Source: Eledone cirrhosa
Lineage: Eukaryota
Direction: 5' to 3'
Assembly (NCBI GenBank): GCA_964016885.1
Contig: OZ024741.1
Coordinates: forward strand, 201,252,001 to 201,316,000
Length of the DNA: 64,000 bases
Shown here: positions 12,561-26,193 of the stretch, one piece after another
How the letters are laid out: the number at the start of each line of letters is the position of its first letter
How positions within the stretch are numbered: position 1 is the first letter of the stretch
Translations under genes and position numbers: made by a program
Notes under the pieces: model-generated
What the model was told of the DNA's origin: nothing
Seen by the model: only the letters and a program-made list of their open reading frames with translations
Database searches by the model: none

Positions 12561-12774
12561 GGTCAGGGTCACTGTGGTCTTTTACTAGGCTTTCTCCACA
12601 AATGTCCCTCCGAAGTCCCCCCTCCCCCTATTGGGGAATTTTTCATTGTTATTTTTTTGTTACATCCTCTGTTTTTGTTTTTTACACGCAGAAATACCCA
12701 TTTGTACCGTACTGTATTGTTCTGCACTGTCCTTAATGTCTACTTTATGTAAACCCTTGTGGTTAATAAAGAAA

Positions 12775-12834
<60 letters not shown>

Positions 12835-12840
12835 TGTATG

Positions 12841-13256
12841 TATGCTGATTGGGAGAGGAAATAATGTATATATTTTATCAAATGATTCTATGGACATACT
12901 TTATTGTATATATATATTAGAAATAGAATAGCTTTCACCGTATTTTTTTTACTAAAGAAATTTTAGTCTGATAATGGGGTTTAGAACCCTCAGATAAATG
13001 GAAAAAGATGAGTATTGATGTACATGGGAGTCGAACCCACATCTTTGGTTATCTAGACGACTGTGCTACCATTACACCAACACATCACCCAGACTAAAAT
13101 TTCTTTAGTCAAAAAAATACGGTGAAAGCTATTCTATTTCTAATTTCAAACCTGCTCACTGTTTCAAAACATACTTACTTGTCATATATACAATAAAGTA
13201 TGTCCATAGAATCATTTGATAAAATATATACATTATTTCCTCGCCCAATCAGCATA
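12841..13256. repeat. Inverted repeat (arms 12841-12970 and 13090-13256) enclosing a tRNA-like unit
   Basis: TATGCTGATTGGG..TTTTAGTCTG / CAGACTAAAA..CCCAATCAGCATA; the right arm carries an extra ~37 nt. Confidence 0.9.
13016..13086 (-). tRNA. tRNA-like sequence / pseudo-tRNA (nominal anticodon AGA, weak anticodon stem, no long variable arm)
   Basis: GATGTGT-TG-GTGT(AATGGTA)GCAC-A-GTCGT(CTAGATA)ACCAA-AGAT-GTGGG(TTCGACT)CCCAT-GTACATC-A; TTTTT about 10 nt downstream. Confidence 0.65.
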
Positions 13257-13447
13257 ATCAACCACACAAAAAAACTATTAAACAAGGCTATAAGATTAAA
13301 AGGCACCTATGAAGAAATAATAGATAAATAAACGACAGCTATTTATCCGCGATCAACAGCTATAGAATATTTACCCACCATTTCTAATACCACGTGGAAA
13401 TCGATTAAATATATCGTCAACCATACACAATTAGGTATAAAATCAAA
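13195..13447. repeat. Dispersed repeat, second copy at ~46660-46910
   Basis: GCATAATCAACCAC..GGCTATAAGATTAAAAGGCACCTATGAAGAAAT..CACGTGGAAATCGA..CCATACACAATTAGGTATAAAAT in both. Confidence 0.85.
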
Positions 13448-13471
13448 GTTATATATATATATATATAAATT

Positions 13472-13780
13472 CACTCAGATGGTGGATGGGTGCTACACGA
13501 GAATGCTGAGGATGGCTCTGAACATTAATCAGTATAAACTGGGGATGAAGAATTCAGAGCTATACGGGAGCCTCCCAAAAGCCAGCTCGAAAGTAACACA
13601 GAGGAGACTGCGGTTAGCTGGACATGCTCACCGACATCCAGAGTTGACACTGCACTCAGTGCTCCTGTGGGAACCCCTGCATGGACACACTAGAAGAGGG
13701 AGACCGAGGTTGAAATATGTTGATGCCCTAAGGACAGACACTGGCCTCTTGGAGACGCAGCGATGATGAGGGACAGAGCG
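13472..13780 (+). mobile_element. RTE-clade LINE 3' fragment
   Basis: DGCYTRMLRMALN..LYGSLPK..QRRLRLAGH..LLWEP..RGRP. Confidence 0.85.
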
Positions 13781-13995
13781 ACGACAATTTTTTTCTTTCT
13801 GATAAAGTGCAATAATTTATTACCTAATGCATACGATTGAGCATGGGATATTGTGGTCAGTGCATATAGATGGATATTGTACAGAAACATATGTGCAGGA
13901 ATGAACTCTCAATAAATTTCTCCTTCTGACCAATTCCTCCTGCCTAGTTATTCCTGTTTTTTCCTGGTACCAAACTTATTATTATTATTATTATT

Positions 13996-14193
13996 TGGCA
14001 GTATCGGTAGAGTTCGGACGCCATGCTGTGTAGCATAGAGTTACGTCCCTTTACGGTCTGAGTTCAAATCCCGCCGAAATTAACTTTGCCTTTCATCCTT
14101 ACGGGTTCGATAAAATAAAGTACCAGTCATGCATTGGAGTCGATTTCATCGACTTTCCCCTCCCTTAAAATTGCTGTCCTTGTGCCTAAATTA
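13996..14193 (+). mobile_element. SINE family 1
   Basis: A box, GAGTTCAAATCCC B box, central domain. Confidence 0.88.
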
Positions 14194-14226
14194 TTACTAT
14201 TATTATTATTATTATTGTTGTTGTTG

Positions 14227-14317
<91 letters not shown>

Positions 14318-15032
14318 CACACGACAGGCGGATCATATCTAATTTCAATTTTGTACTTGGCTCGATTTAATTTTCGTGGTGACTGAGTGCGTCAATTAAC
14401 ATCTGAACTGAACACCGAGCACATCCTTGAGAAAGACTAGCACATTTTGTTGTAAACACACTGCAGACGATAAATTATGACTAATTACATGATAGATAAA
14501 TGTATGATGACTTGCTTTCTATATCCCTTGATACTTTGATGCTTTTCTCGTCTGTTTATGATTTCATCCGCTTTATATCCAAAACATTGGCAGTGTAATT
14601 ATTATTTTACTTTAACATTAAGAAAGAGATAAGATTTCCAAAAGGTTTCATTTTAAAAAATTGTTATTATTGTTATCATTGTTGTCGCATTTGCGATCGA
14701 TGCAATTGAGTCATCTTGATCAGCAGCGATTGGTTCTGGCATACCGGATATTCATGCTTCGAACAAATATATATAATTACATTATACACTCCGTTGTGCA
14801 GCATGGATGTAATAGTGTGTTGTTGTTAATTCTACTAAGCCATAATTCGATCAAACTCGTTCTTGAGTGCAATTGTCCCGTTTTTAGGAATACTTAATTT
14901 AAAGATTTCTTTTCTTTCTTTAAGACAGAAATGAAATTTGCTGGCTGTTTCTAGCAGACGAAACGACCACATAGTCTCACCCATTGACTCAGCAAAGACC
15001 ATTTAGATAACAATAGATATTATTTAACAAAG

Positions 15033-15250
15033 AGTAGCAGAAAAACCACCCGAAAGCTGGTTTTCTGCTAGCATGTGTAGTGTGCATATTGATATTATAT
15101 GCAAATATACATGCATGTAGATATGATACATCAAATAGAATCGTAATTGACAATATGCACAGAAATTGAAGAGAGACTGTGTTATACTCTCTTATATAAT
15201 CAGTAAAGCAATCCATGATACATTTAAAAAAGATGATATTATATATAAAC
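15033..15250 (-). mobile_element. 3' part of the non-autonomous Helitron at 37406-38114
   Basis: Reverse-complement match to ~37880-38114, including the terminal TAGCAGAAAA..TTTTCTGCTA hairpin. Confidence 0.75.
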
Positions 15251-16439
15251 TTTGAACAATATACGAATATATGCGTTCTATTTAGAGTAACATGAAATGG
15301 ACGATATGTAAATCAGTTACTGAAAACCAGGAATTATAAAAACAATCTAAAATTGAGGGATATTGCAAAGGTTGTCTGCAAAATCAAATTCGATCCCATA
15401 TAGTGCATTGGAGCCTCCGATTGGCCTTAACTTTGTAAGTGAAATTTAGAACAGATACAATGCGAAAAGACGTAGGATGTGTGTGGTGAGAGAGAGAGAG
15501 GGAGAGAGAGAGTGAGAGGGTATGTATGTGAGTGTGGGGGGGGGTATATGTTTATTATTTGTATAATGCGCAAAATGTTTATGTTTACCAGTGTACTTGT
15601 ATAATTTTCTTTTATGAGTGCTGCCCTTATTTATTTACTTCCATTTACGCTCTGAGCTTAAATTGCCTTTCCTGCTTCCGTGGTTGGTAAAATATAGTAT
15701 CAATGAAATACTGCGGTCGATTCAATTGTCTTTCCCCTCCACCAAATTATAGGGTTTTTTTATTAAATTAGAAATCATCCTCATTATTCTCACTATCACC
15801 ATCATCATTGTTGTTATTATCATTACTATTATTATTATGGTGCACGTTTGCTACATACGTGTTCAAATCGGCTCCAGAAAAGTTGGTTATTTTAAGTTGT
15901 TCCAAAGCGAAATTTGTTGAATATTTTTTCCAAGAACTGTATATAAAGTCCCATTCATTGTCCTGAGTAAAAGCAACCCCATAATATTTTACTATTACAT
16001 ACGGAAAGATTACTACGAAAAGTCCCAACCACACCCCTCGAAAGTAATGGGAGAAAACTTTAAATCGAAGACTATGATACGTTATGTGTTTTTAAGAAAT
16101 AAAACCTGGTGGCATTTTCATTAAAAATACAAATATTATAATACTAGCGTTCGTCATGGCAAAAAAAAACGATGACATTTGTACGTACACACAATAAGTA
16201 AGTAAAGACTGTTGAAGGAATCACAGGCACGCAATCTTGAAACTCGGCATGTTTAGGGCATGTTATGCCTGACATGCCATCTCACTCTAATCGGAACACA
16301 GCCGATTTCTTCCGTGAAAAGGGAAAGAAGAAAATTGGGAACAGAATAATCAACCTCTGTACTTGAATGACGCATTATTTATCGACTTCGAAATGATGGC
16401 AGGGCAAAGTTGACCACAGCATGAGATGATGTCAGAGTG

Positions 16440-16625
16440 CAGTGAGCCGGAACAAATACCGCGACATTTTTAATCCGATAGCCTCTCGACGGCTGACACT
16501 GAGCGCTGCAAAAGGCCGATAACTTCGGCCGACATTCGGAACGCGCATGTCGGCTGCATGAGGCGCAAGTCACCCGGTTCGGATGATCTGCCATACGAGC
16601 TTTACGTAGATATGCCAGGATTGTT
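16440..16625 (+). pseudogene. L1/Tx1-type LINE ORF2 fragment
   Basis: CKRPITSADIRNA..RRKSPGSDDLPYELY resembles the pre-RT KSPGPDG motif. Confidence 0.6.
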
Positions 16626-17141
16626 CTTTGACACTGCCTTCATACGATACCAAGTGATTTTTTTTTTTTTGTATTTTTCTTTTGTTTTTTCAGAGTTGCA
16701 GTTACCAGTAAAACCTGAGAAATCCAAACATAAGTAAATATAGTGGTCTGTTATGTTAAGCCACTCAATGTTACTTATAGATAAGAATTACCAAGGAAAC
16801 TGTGATCTTAAACGTTTGTGTGATTTTTAGTCGCCCTCAAATTTACATCTAGAACAGACTCTCAACAATATGTCGAAATAAATTCTCTTGGTTGAGCATA
16901 GTAGGGTTTACGGGACTTCCTGCGTAGATCCAGGGACCAAGAACTCAGCCTCCAAAACAGGCTGCATCGTCAAGCATACTCCCGATCATACCCCTGTGCA
17001 CCAGCATTTGAGAATTATATGTATTAATGACCTTCGAAAACTACAAAGTTATAGTAAAGTTGTTCCTATTTGAGGGAGCGGAGACGAAAAGGATGAGACT
17101 GCCCCACCACCAGTTACTTGCATGATGCCTAAATTTGAAAT

Positions 17142-17227
<86 letters not shown>
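17142..17227. repeat. (TAC)n microsatellite
   Basis: Direct reading. Confidence 0.95.
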
Positions 17228-17646
17228 TGGGTGTGCGCTTCGATAAAATTTCAAATGCTTCATAGTTACGTCATTGTACGTTCTGAGTTCAAATCCCGAC
17301 AAGCTTAACTTCAGGTTCGGTAAAATAAGTACAAATAATGTTACAGGCAACAATATTCCTCACCTACAAGTTTATGTGTTTAAATCCATGTTTTTTGTGT
17401 TTGCGTCTAAATCGTTGGTGTTCACTCTCGTGTGCTTTTTTTCTCTTTATTTAAACTAGTTTGTACAGCAGATTTATACTTCTAAATTTTTTTTCTTTTC
17501 ATTTCAGGTTTTCCTTATGTAAGTAGAAAAACACTTTTCCACTTATGCATGCGAATTGTTTCCCCTTAAAATTTCGCTCCTTTCTAACTCTCAACACAAA
17601 TTGCATTTCAGTTCGAAAGTAAGGCTAGAGATAATTCAGTTTGTGA

Positions 17647-17648
<2 letters not shown>

Positions 17649-17677
<29 letters not shown>

Positions 17678-18150
17678 CTTCTTCTTCTTCTTCTTCTTCT
17701 TCTTCTTCTTCTTCTTCTTCTTCTTCTTCTTCTTCCTGAGGGGTCGTTGGGGCAGAGTCCTGAACCACATCTGCCAGTAGTTCCTATGAGAAGAAACCGT
17801 CTCCAATTAATCCGGCTGAATTTCCATGCGATGCTAGCCGAGCTGATAGGTGGTATGCAACCATCTTGTCTGGAATCTACCCCTGGGACTCGTGCCGGTT
17901 TGTTTTGCATGTAAAATTTGTCCAGCAATAGCACCTCAGTTGATTTCTATTTTTATATTTCCACTGTGTTTCCATACTGGGTCAATCTGTCTTCCATGCC
18001 TTGGCAACGATATGCCTTCGATCACCCCGCAAACAATTTTTTTAAAAAACTTAAGTAATATTTTGTTCATATACCATAGAAGGAATATACTAAATTCAGT
18101 GTAAGCAAGGCTGCATTTTCTATGTCTTCCAGACCACCTTTCTTCATACT
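17649..18150 (-). mobile_element. RTE (Expander/Rex3-like) 3' fragment with (GAA)n tail
   Basis: ..GTSPRGRFQTRW..LETVSSHRNYW..LPQRP followed by (GAA)n at 17649-17735. Confidence 0.65.
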
Positions 18151-21100
18151 TATGCATCCAAATTATATTTATATTATTTTTACTTGTTTTTAGTCAAATC
18201 AAATATCTACATTTTGATATTATAATAAGTCAAATTGATTAATTGTAAGATGCTGTGGCGAGAAGGAATACTATCGATGCACACGTCCTAGTGAGACAAC
18301 AGGGGTGCCTTGCTTGGGCAAGACATTCTGCCTAGATTTTATCGACTTAGGTAAAGCGTTTGGCATGCTTTCAAGACACTGTTTTATGGTCGCTAAAGGA
18401 ACTAGCGAGAGAGGAATAAATTGTGAGAACAAAACAAGTTATGTACAGGGATGGATGCCATCAGTAAAGTAAGAGTTCAGTGATGAATTTAGCGTGTACA
18501 TCAGGGCTCAGTTCTCCTCTCCTTCCCCAGGTCGATACATTAAGAAACAGCAATATTCTGGTACAGATTCAAACATGTATCTTGTCTTCCGTCAACAATT
18601 TACTTTCTGTTTCTTAATAAATCAATGTTATCTCTTTCACATAAGACGTGTGTTAGTGTCAGTGTTTGAGATTATTAATCCTCTTTCAAATTCCATATGG
18701 ACTGTTTGTGTCTTGTATAAATCAATTTCTAGTAATTCTCCTTAATTCATTCCAGTAAAAGCAACTGTGACAATGACTTGTTAGTGCTAATGCAGACAAA
18801 ACCCTCTATTGTGTGATTCAGTATATTAGTATTGAGTATGGGTTTTGCCTGTTAAATTAAGTTAATATTTCAATAAACCACAGCTCTAATTTCTGTAGCA
18901 ATAAGCAGATGAGAAATTAATCTCTTTTCGGACATGACGCTAGTCATTCGCAGATAATCTAACCAGGATGTGTCTGATGACCACACCCACAGCTTAATGA
19001 ACAAAAGTAACGAAGAATTAAATGTCCTGCCAAAAACAATGAATCACTTACAACGGATTTGATATCACGGCATATTTGGCTGTCTAAATGCTTTTTCCAT
19101 TTGGCTATGGCTGACTAAGATAGCCGACATAGAAGCCCACCTACGTACGTGCAAGCCACCTATTGTTTGGAAATCCTCCAAACTCCTGTTAAACATTTGT
19201 ACAAAAACGGCTTGGAAAAAAGGAAATATTATAAGAGATCGCAAGAATTATGAGCTACGCTTTATTGTCGTATGCATACTGGACGAGTTGCAGACTAAGA
19301 AAATAGACTTTTAGTATAATCTTTCTGATTTTTGTCACGAAAACAAAAGGAGTTTTAGACTACATTTTATCTTTTATTTTGTTGGTTTTTTTGTTGTTTT
19401 GTTTTTTTGTTGTTTTTTTTTTCTTGCAACATCCTGTTGAGAACGTATCCATTCCTATAGTAAATATATATTTCCTGATGGCTAAACGGAAATGCTCCTA
19501 CACCCGGATTATCATCATCATCGCTATTATCATCGTCACCATCATGATGATTTATCACCATCATCATCATCATCGTCATCAACCTCATCACCGTTATCAC
19601 AGCGCCTTTCTACATGAACAACGGCAATATTTCTCAACGATGTTTTCATCGTCTACACTCACGTATATCCACATTGTCATATACAATCCCACATTTACAC
19701 AAACTCTCACATGAATATTATACAAAATCTCATATGCACATGCACGCAGTTAGTTGTTGCATTTTTTCGCTGCTCTTTCAAATATTACTAATTCAAATAC
19801 ACAGTTGTATTAAATGAGGTTTATTTTATTCATATCCGTGTGTAGTCAGTAACGATCAAATCTATATGCTTAATGTAATTTACCAATAACGATTGGGCTG
19901 CAGAGCTAGTAGTAATATCTTGGTTAATCAAATCCGCAAACCTTTTCATACTATGTCATACTATGTCATGCCATTTCACTTACGCACTCAGTACATATGG
20001 TAAATACATATGAGTGTCACACCCTGGTTTGACGCTTCCATTAGACTAACTAGGCAGCCACCTATGTCGTAGACGTCAGACAGGCGCAATATGTACGGGA
20101 ATATTGCTGTATCCATCCGGGGAATGAGAGAACTGAGCCCCGATGTCCGTTAACCTATTCATCACTGATGGCATCTCTGTACATAACTTAAAAAGTCGTA
20201 TTTTTATGCAAATTTGTATAATTAACTTAAGTATAGGATATTTTTTTGCAATCAATAAATAAATTACAAAACATCTTTGCCACGTAGCAACTTTGTGGAA
20301 ATATCCAACGCGTTGGAGAGGGTCATATAGAGTCATGACTTGTAATATGATTTAGTGTGGTTGAATGCAGATTGTGTAGTAGAAAAAGCAGTATTAGTTT
20401 TTAGTTTGGTCGTCAGAGAAAAAAGTGCCAGAAACTCGGTTTGTCAGCTTGCTAAACTATAAGTTGAAATAATTATGTGAGAGCAAAGCAAGTCATATAC
20501 AGAGATACCATCATTAAAGTGAGATTTTAGTGATGAATTTATCATTCCCCGGATATTTATATTTTATAATTTCAAGAAGGAAGCCGAGTAGTATTAAGAG
20601 TCATGCGCCATCACTTGTTGGCACGATACATTTGTTTGGTTTACCCCGTATCATTGTTACTGTTTCCTATCTCAATCAAGAATTTCTGTAGTGAAAATGG
20701 ATCGAAGTAATAGGATGGCGATCTCACTCAGAAATTTAAAAGATATGGTTAATGTTTACACAGCTTCGATATTCACAATATATTGTCCCAAATAATACTT
20801 CGCTAAATTTAAATATCAGGTTTTTAGTTGTTAATGGTAAGGCGTTTCGGAATGTAATTAATTGGCCTGAAAAAAAATGGTAGAATTATGCAGGAGAGTT
20901 TTAACCTTGCGTCAAGCTGTCATTGATCTGAAGAACAAGCTGGTCAATTCTACACATTGATTAGTGTAGTAGCGTTGCATCACATATGCAGACAACATAC
21001 ACCAATATAGTGGTTCGCAACCTTTTGTGAACCATGCTGCCCTCTCAACATCTAAACAAATATTAGGCCCCTCTTTGATATGAAAACAGCGATGATCTAC

Positions 21101-21403
21101 TGCAAAGTACAAACAAATTGGTGTATAGGTGGTGCCAGATGCACAATAACATGTGTGGAGGGGGTGTGACAGGAGTTTCTGACAATAATGTGTAACAAAG
21201 TTGCTTTGGTGTAAAAGTAATGAGGTAAAACCTGAAGTTTGTTCTCATAAACATCATCCCCCCCCCCCCCACACACACTTAAATATTCAAATTGTTCCCT
21301 GTGGGGCATGCGCCACACGTTGGGAATCACTACAATAACATGAAAGCAGAATAGCCGAACTAGCCCAAAGACCATTTTTAAGAACATGCCATGCTCTAAT
21401 ATT

Positions 21404-21586
21404 TGTTTCTACTTTAGGCACAAGGCCAGCAATTACCAGTGCATTACTGGTACTTTATTTTATCGACCCCGTAAGGATGAAAGGCAAAGTCAACCTCGGC
21501 GGGATTTGAACTCAGATGGTAAAGGGACGTAACTATGCTGGAAAGCATGGCGTCCGACCCTCTACCGATACTGCCAATCCACCGCC
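21404..21586 (-). mobile_element. SINE family 1, full length with target-site duplication
   Basis: Complete A/B boxes and core; ATGCTCTAATATT at 21391-21403 and 21587-21599. Confidence 0.93.
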
Positions 21587-21886
21587 ATGCTCTAATATTA
21601 ATAGATGTTTGGAATGACATCTGCGACGTTGCCTATGAAAATATGTAGAATGCTGAATAGCTAGTGAAAGAGGCACTTTAATCCGACAGCTATAGTTTTG
21701 ACTATTTGGGTATTCTTTCGTGGACGAAAACAAATCATACTATAGTGAATAGAGAGATAATGTGATAGAATGCGATATTTCAGCCATGTCAGCTTACGTA
21801 GATCAGCTTTCTAGATGGGGAGAAATATGACATTTCTAAAGTAGACAGCCTATTAAAACATCTCCAGATTAATGGAGTAAGGGATA

Positions 21887-21978
<92 letters not shown>

Positions 21979-22215
21979 CTCGTTTTATAATTTTATAAAT
22001 TTTTGCCAATAGGGAGAGAGTCGGTTTCTAACATAGACACAACACTCTCTCGTTGGAATATAAACAACATCAACTAGGCAGATATGTCTGCATGCATGCA
22101 TGTGTAGATATGGATGATATTGTATGTGGGGATTTGTATGTTTTGAGCTGTATGTGTGCATGTGCATATGTTTTGTATCTGTATATATTACATGCAATTA
22201 GTACATGTAGAATTT

Positions 22216-22618
22216 TTAGAATGTTTTACATATTTTTACTGTTCCATTAATGGATTGTACTTGTAATTTCCTAACTAGTTGTGTTCTCTCTGTTCCTGTG
22301 AAGCCCAGCTTCTCAAGATTTGTATTGAGGCAGTTACTAACATATCCCAGTGCCCCAATAATCATAGGTTTAAATTTGAAGCTATAGGTAGGGTGGAGTA
22401 TCTGCAGATTTCTCATTAGTTCAGCATAAATATTCTCCCTTTCGCTAATCTTTAATATTATATTGGCATCTGCTGGGCAGCTAACTTCCACTACTGTGCA
22501 TGCCTTCTTTTTCTTGTCCCATATCCTTATGCTTGCATTCACCAGTACTCTTTCATATTGTGCATGTGTATATCTTCGACTCAATATGTTTATTGTCAGG
22601 GCTATCTTTTCTTCGGAT
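22216..22618 (-). pseudogene. Second RLE-clade (R4/NeSL-like) retrotransposon 3' fragment
   Basis: IWDKKKKACTVVEVSCP..ERENIY..IIGALG..GTVKICKTF; 5' junction in (TACA)n. Confidence 0.75.
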
Positions 22619-22764
22619 GTATGTATGTATGTATGTATGTATGTATCCATCAATCCATCCCGTAAGGAAATTTCAGGCAAGCAGAGGTGATCTCCTCTCC
22701 AGAACATAGCTGATTTCTCCGAGAGAGAGAGAGGGGGGGAGACAGAGAGAGAGATAGAAGAAGA

Positions 22765-22906
22765 CTCGACACCAGTACCGAGCTGGTACTCTTTTATCGA
22801 CCTCGAAAGCTTGAAAGGCAAAGTGACCTGAGCGGGATTTGAGTACAGAGAACCGAAACAAATATCACAAAGCCTTCTTTCTAACGGTTCTACCAATCCG
22901 CCGCCT
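22765..22906 (-). mobile_element. SINE family 1, diverged
   Basis: CTGGTACTCTTTTATCGACCTCG..GAAAGGCAAAGTGACC..GGGATTTGAG. Confidence 0.7.
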
Positions 22907-22953
22907 TGGAGCAAAAGTTAACAAAAATAGTAATAGGTAATTGGATTAGATCT

Positions 22954-23002
<49 letters not shown>

Positions 23003-23070
23003 AATTATTGTGTACAGTGCTCAGGTGCACTACAACTCATCAAAGGTGCATGTATAGTACATAGAATAAT

Positions 23071-23180
23071 TGTTTCTACTGTTGGCACAAGGCCATCAAT
23101 TACCCACTGTATTACTGGTACTTTATTTTATCGACCTCGTAAGGATGAAAGGCAAAGTTAACCTCGGCAGGATTTGAACT
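23071..23180 (-). mobile_element. 5'-truncated SINE family 1 inserted in a short LINE 3' end
   Basis: Flanked by a CATAGAATAAT duplication (~23060-23070 and 23181-23191). Confidence 0.85.
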
Positions 23181-23426
23181 CATAGAATAATGTACAAATG
23201 TCAGGAAAATGAACAGTGTATGAGTCATGATATAGTAACAATATATTGTATGAGTCATGATATAGTAACAATAACAATAATGAAATATTGTGTACAGTGC
23301 CCAGGTGCACCACAACTCATCAAAAAAGTGCATGTACAGTACATAGGGCAATGCACAAACATCAGTAAAATGAACAGTGCACGAGTCATGATACACACAT
23401 GTGTGCATGTGTATGGAAGGGGTACA

Positions 23427-25190
23427 TCAGGTGTAGTTTTGGCGTATTTCGGGAAGCATGAGTCTCTTAAAGGATGCAGTGTCTCGGCAGCTAACAATTG
23501 ACGCAGGCAGTTTGTTCCATGCTTCAGCAACTCTGAGCGTGAAAAAATGTCTGCGAAAGTCATGGGAGTTGTGCTGTTTTCTTATCTTGTAGGCATGTCC
23601 ACGTGTGTTAGACACATGGAGATCAAAGAGGCGCTCAGGGTTGCAGTTGGCGAGATGGTTAAAAACTTTGTGGGTATTCACCAAGTCCATTGCCAGACGT
23701 CGGAGCTTCAATGAATCCATGCCCAGGGAAGCAAGGCGTTCAGAGTATGGTAGGTGTCTGATGGAGGGTATGCGCTTGGTTGCACGTCTCTGAACAGTTT
23801 CCAGGAGGTCAATGTTCCGAGCAAGATAAGGGTTCCAGACTGATGATGCGAATTCCAAGTGTGGTCGCACCATAGCTGTATACAGTTTTAAATAGATGGC
23901 TGGAGAGCGGCTAACAAAGGTCTTGCTGAGTGATGCCAAGACACCCTCGGCCTTCTTGACAATCTTAGAGACATGCTTTGTCCAACGCAAATCGTTGCTG
24001 ACAGTAATGCCCAGGTCACGTTCACAAGAGGACTTTTTGATGTCAGTGTTGTGGAGGGAGTATGTGAACGCTGGATTTTTCCTTCCAAAATGCATGGTGG
24101 TACACTTGTCCACAGCCAGCTTCAGTTGCCAGTCTGTGATCCATTGCTGCATTGTGTCCAGGTCTGATTGTAGGAAAGAGTTGTAAATTTCAGGATCAGT
24201 CCTTTTGATTTCAAGGTACAGCTTGATGTCATCTGCATATTTTAGTACCGTGGCATTCTGTAAGTTGGCATCTATGTCATTAATATATGCCACAAACAAA
24301 AGAGGACCAAGAACAGATCCCTGTGGTACACCAGATGACATCTCATATGGTGAAGAATGCTGTCCTAGAACCGTGACTACTTCCTTTCGGCTGAGAATGA
24401 AGGATTTCAGCCAGTCGAAAAGATCATCCCTCACACCCATTGCAGAGAGTTTTGCCATAAGTCTTTTGTGTGGCACAGAATTAAAAGCCTTAGCAAAGTC
24501 AAGGTAAACAACATCCACCCGTGAGCCGCTGTCAGTGATCCGGGTGATGTCCTCAAGGAACTCGATAAGCTGATCACAGCAGCTGGAGTTAGGGATAAAT
24601 CCAAACTGTGAGGGCCGGATGAGGCTGTGAGAGCTCCAGAAGTTCCAAAGTGTTTCTCTGACACAGGATTCCATCAGTTTGGCCATACAGCTAGTAAGAC
24701 TGACTGGGCGATAGTTGACAGGTGACATGCGGTTGCCCTTTTTGAACAGGGGAATGACACTGGCAGTTTTCCACTGCTCCGGAGTAGCACCATTGCTGAG
24801 ACAGTATTGAAAGAAAAAAGAAAGCTGGCGCAAAAGGAAATCCCCGCCACGTTTGAGAAGCAGGTATGTCACACCATCAAGACCAGGGGAGGCATAGTTG
24901 CGCTTATTCTTAAGGTGACGTCGCAACATTGCAGGTGTAAATTCCATAGTTGTTATGGAATTTGATGTTAGAGATGGTGGAGATGGTACATTCTGGTTTT
25001 CAACAGTAAAAATACTTGCATAGCACTCAGCAATGAGTTCTGCGCATTCCTTGGGATCGTCAGTGATCTGGCTTGTGTGGGGATTGCGAAGAGGACCAAC
25101 TGGAGAGTGAGGTCTCTGCTTTGAATGAACATATTTCCAGAACACCTTACTGTCAGGATTGGTTGCGATGCACTGTTCAAGTTTGGGCGC
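23427..25190 (-). pseudogene. CR1-group ORF2 RT and C-terminal part
   Basis: NYRPVSLTS, QFGF, YLDFAKAFNSVPH, SGVPQGSVLGPLLF, KYADD, FFTLRVAEAWNKL. Confidence 0.92.
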
Positions 25191-25936
25191 TGTAGCTCAG
25201 TGCAGTACAAGTTCCAATCCGCCCTCTTCCAATCAAAGCAAGCAGATTGGAGATGGCTCTGGTTTTTGTTGCTGCCCTCACGTGCCAGATTGGCAATGAT
25301 CATAGCATGATCAGAGTCGCCTAGAGGTTCCTCAGTAGTACAACTGATAACCACTTCAGGAGTAGTGGTGAAGATCAGGTCCAAAGTGTTGTCACCTCTT
25401 GTTGGAGAGGTGACTACTTGTGACCAGTTTGAGTCCAGCACTAGTTCAAGGAAATCGTTTGCACCCTGTGGCCAACGAAAGGTTTCCCAATCGATCTCAG
25501 GATGATTGAAGTCACCTGCAATAAACACATAAGTGGCTGTTTTCTTGGCAGCAACTCTGAGGATATCGCAAAGCTGTGTGTCCTGGTGGTAGTTTGGGGG
25601 GCGATAAACAACACCAAGCAGAAGTGTTGACATGGTCATACGTATGTCACAGAAAAAAACTTCTTCCTGTGATTCGTTCAAATCAACGCAAGGAATTACC
25701 GAAAAGTTTGAACGAACGTAGACCATCACACCACCACCACGGCGGTTAATGCGGTCCTTGCGGAAAAGGTTGTACCCAGTAATGGTGAAAACCCCATCAC
25801 AGAGTAAGGAATGTGCCCATGTTTCCGTGACTGTGATGAAGTCAGGGTCGATGCTTCTGACGTAGGATTCGAACAGATGTATCTTGTTGCATAAACTGCG
25901 AGCATTTAAGGACAACAATTTGTACCCTGCTCGCAT
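25191..25936 (-). pseudogene. CR1-group ORF2 APE endonuclease
   Basis: LNARSL, VTETW, RKDR..GGGV, VYRPP, GDFNHP, PTRGDNTLDL, SDH. Confidence 0.92.
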
Positions 25937-26089
25937 TTTATGATGGTGTGGGTGTTATCGCTTGTTAAAGATAATCTCCTTCGACCAGTTTGTTTATTAA
26001 CATTACAATCTAGGATCAAGTGTTGATCAAGAGAATGTGACATTTAAAATACTACTACATTTTTTTTTAATAGGAAGTATATATTTATA

Positions 26090-26193
<104 letters not shown>

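Larger units (their letters stand above)
23270..25990 (-). mobile_element. CR1-group LINE (ORF2 + 3' UTR), internally deleted
   Basis: APE and RT domains; the 3' UTR also occurs as a short sister copy at ~22990-23240 with an (ATT)n tail. Confidence 0.9.

Noticed and set aside
13016-13086. Functional tRNA-Ser(AGA)
   Set aside because: Only 3 of 5 anticodon-stem pairs form and the long variable arm of tRNA-Ser is missing; kept as tRNA-like only.
18310-20530. Faint LINE RT-like remnants at ~18310-18480 and ~20330-20530
   Set aside because: Too decayed to classify by eye.
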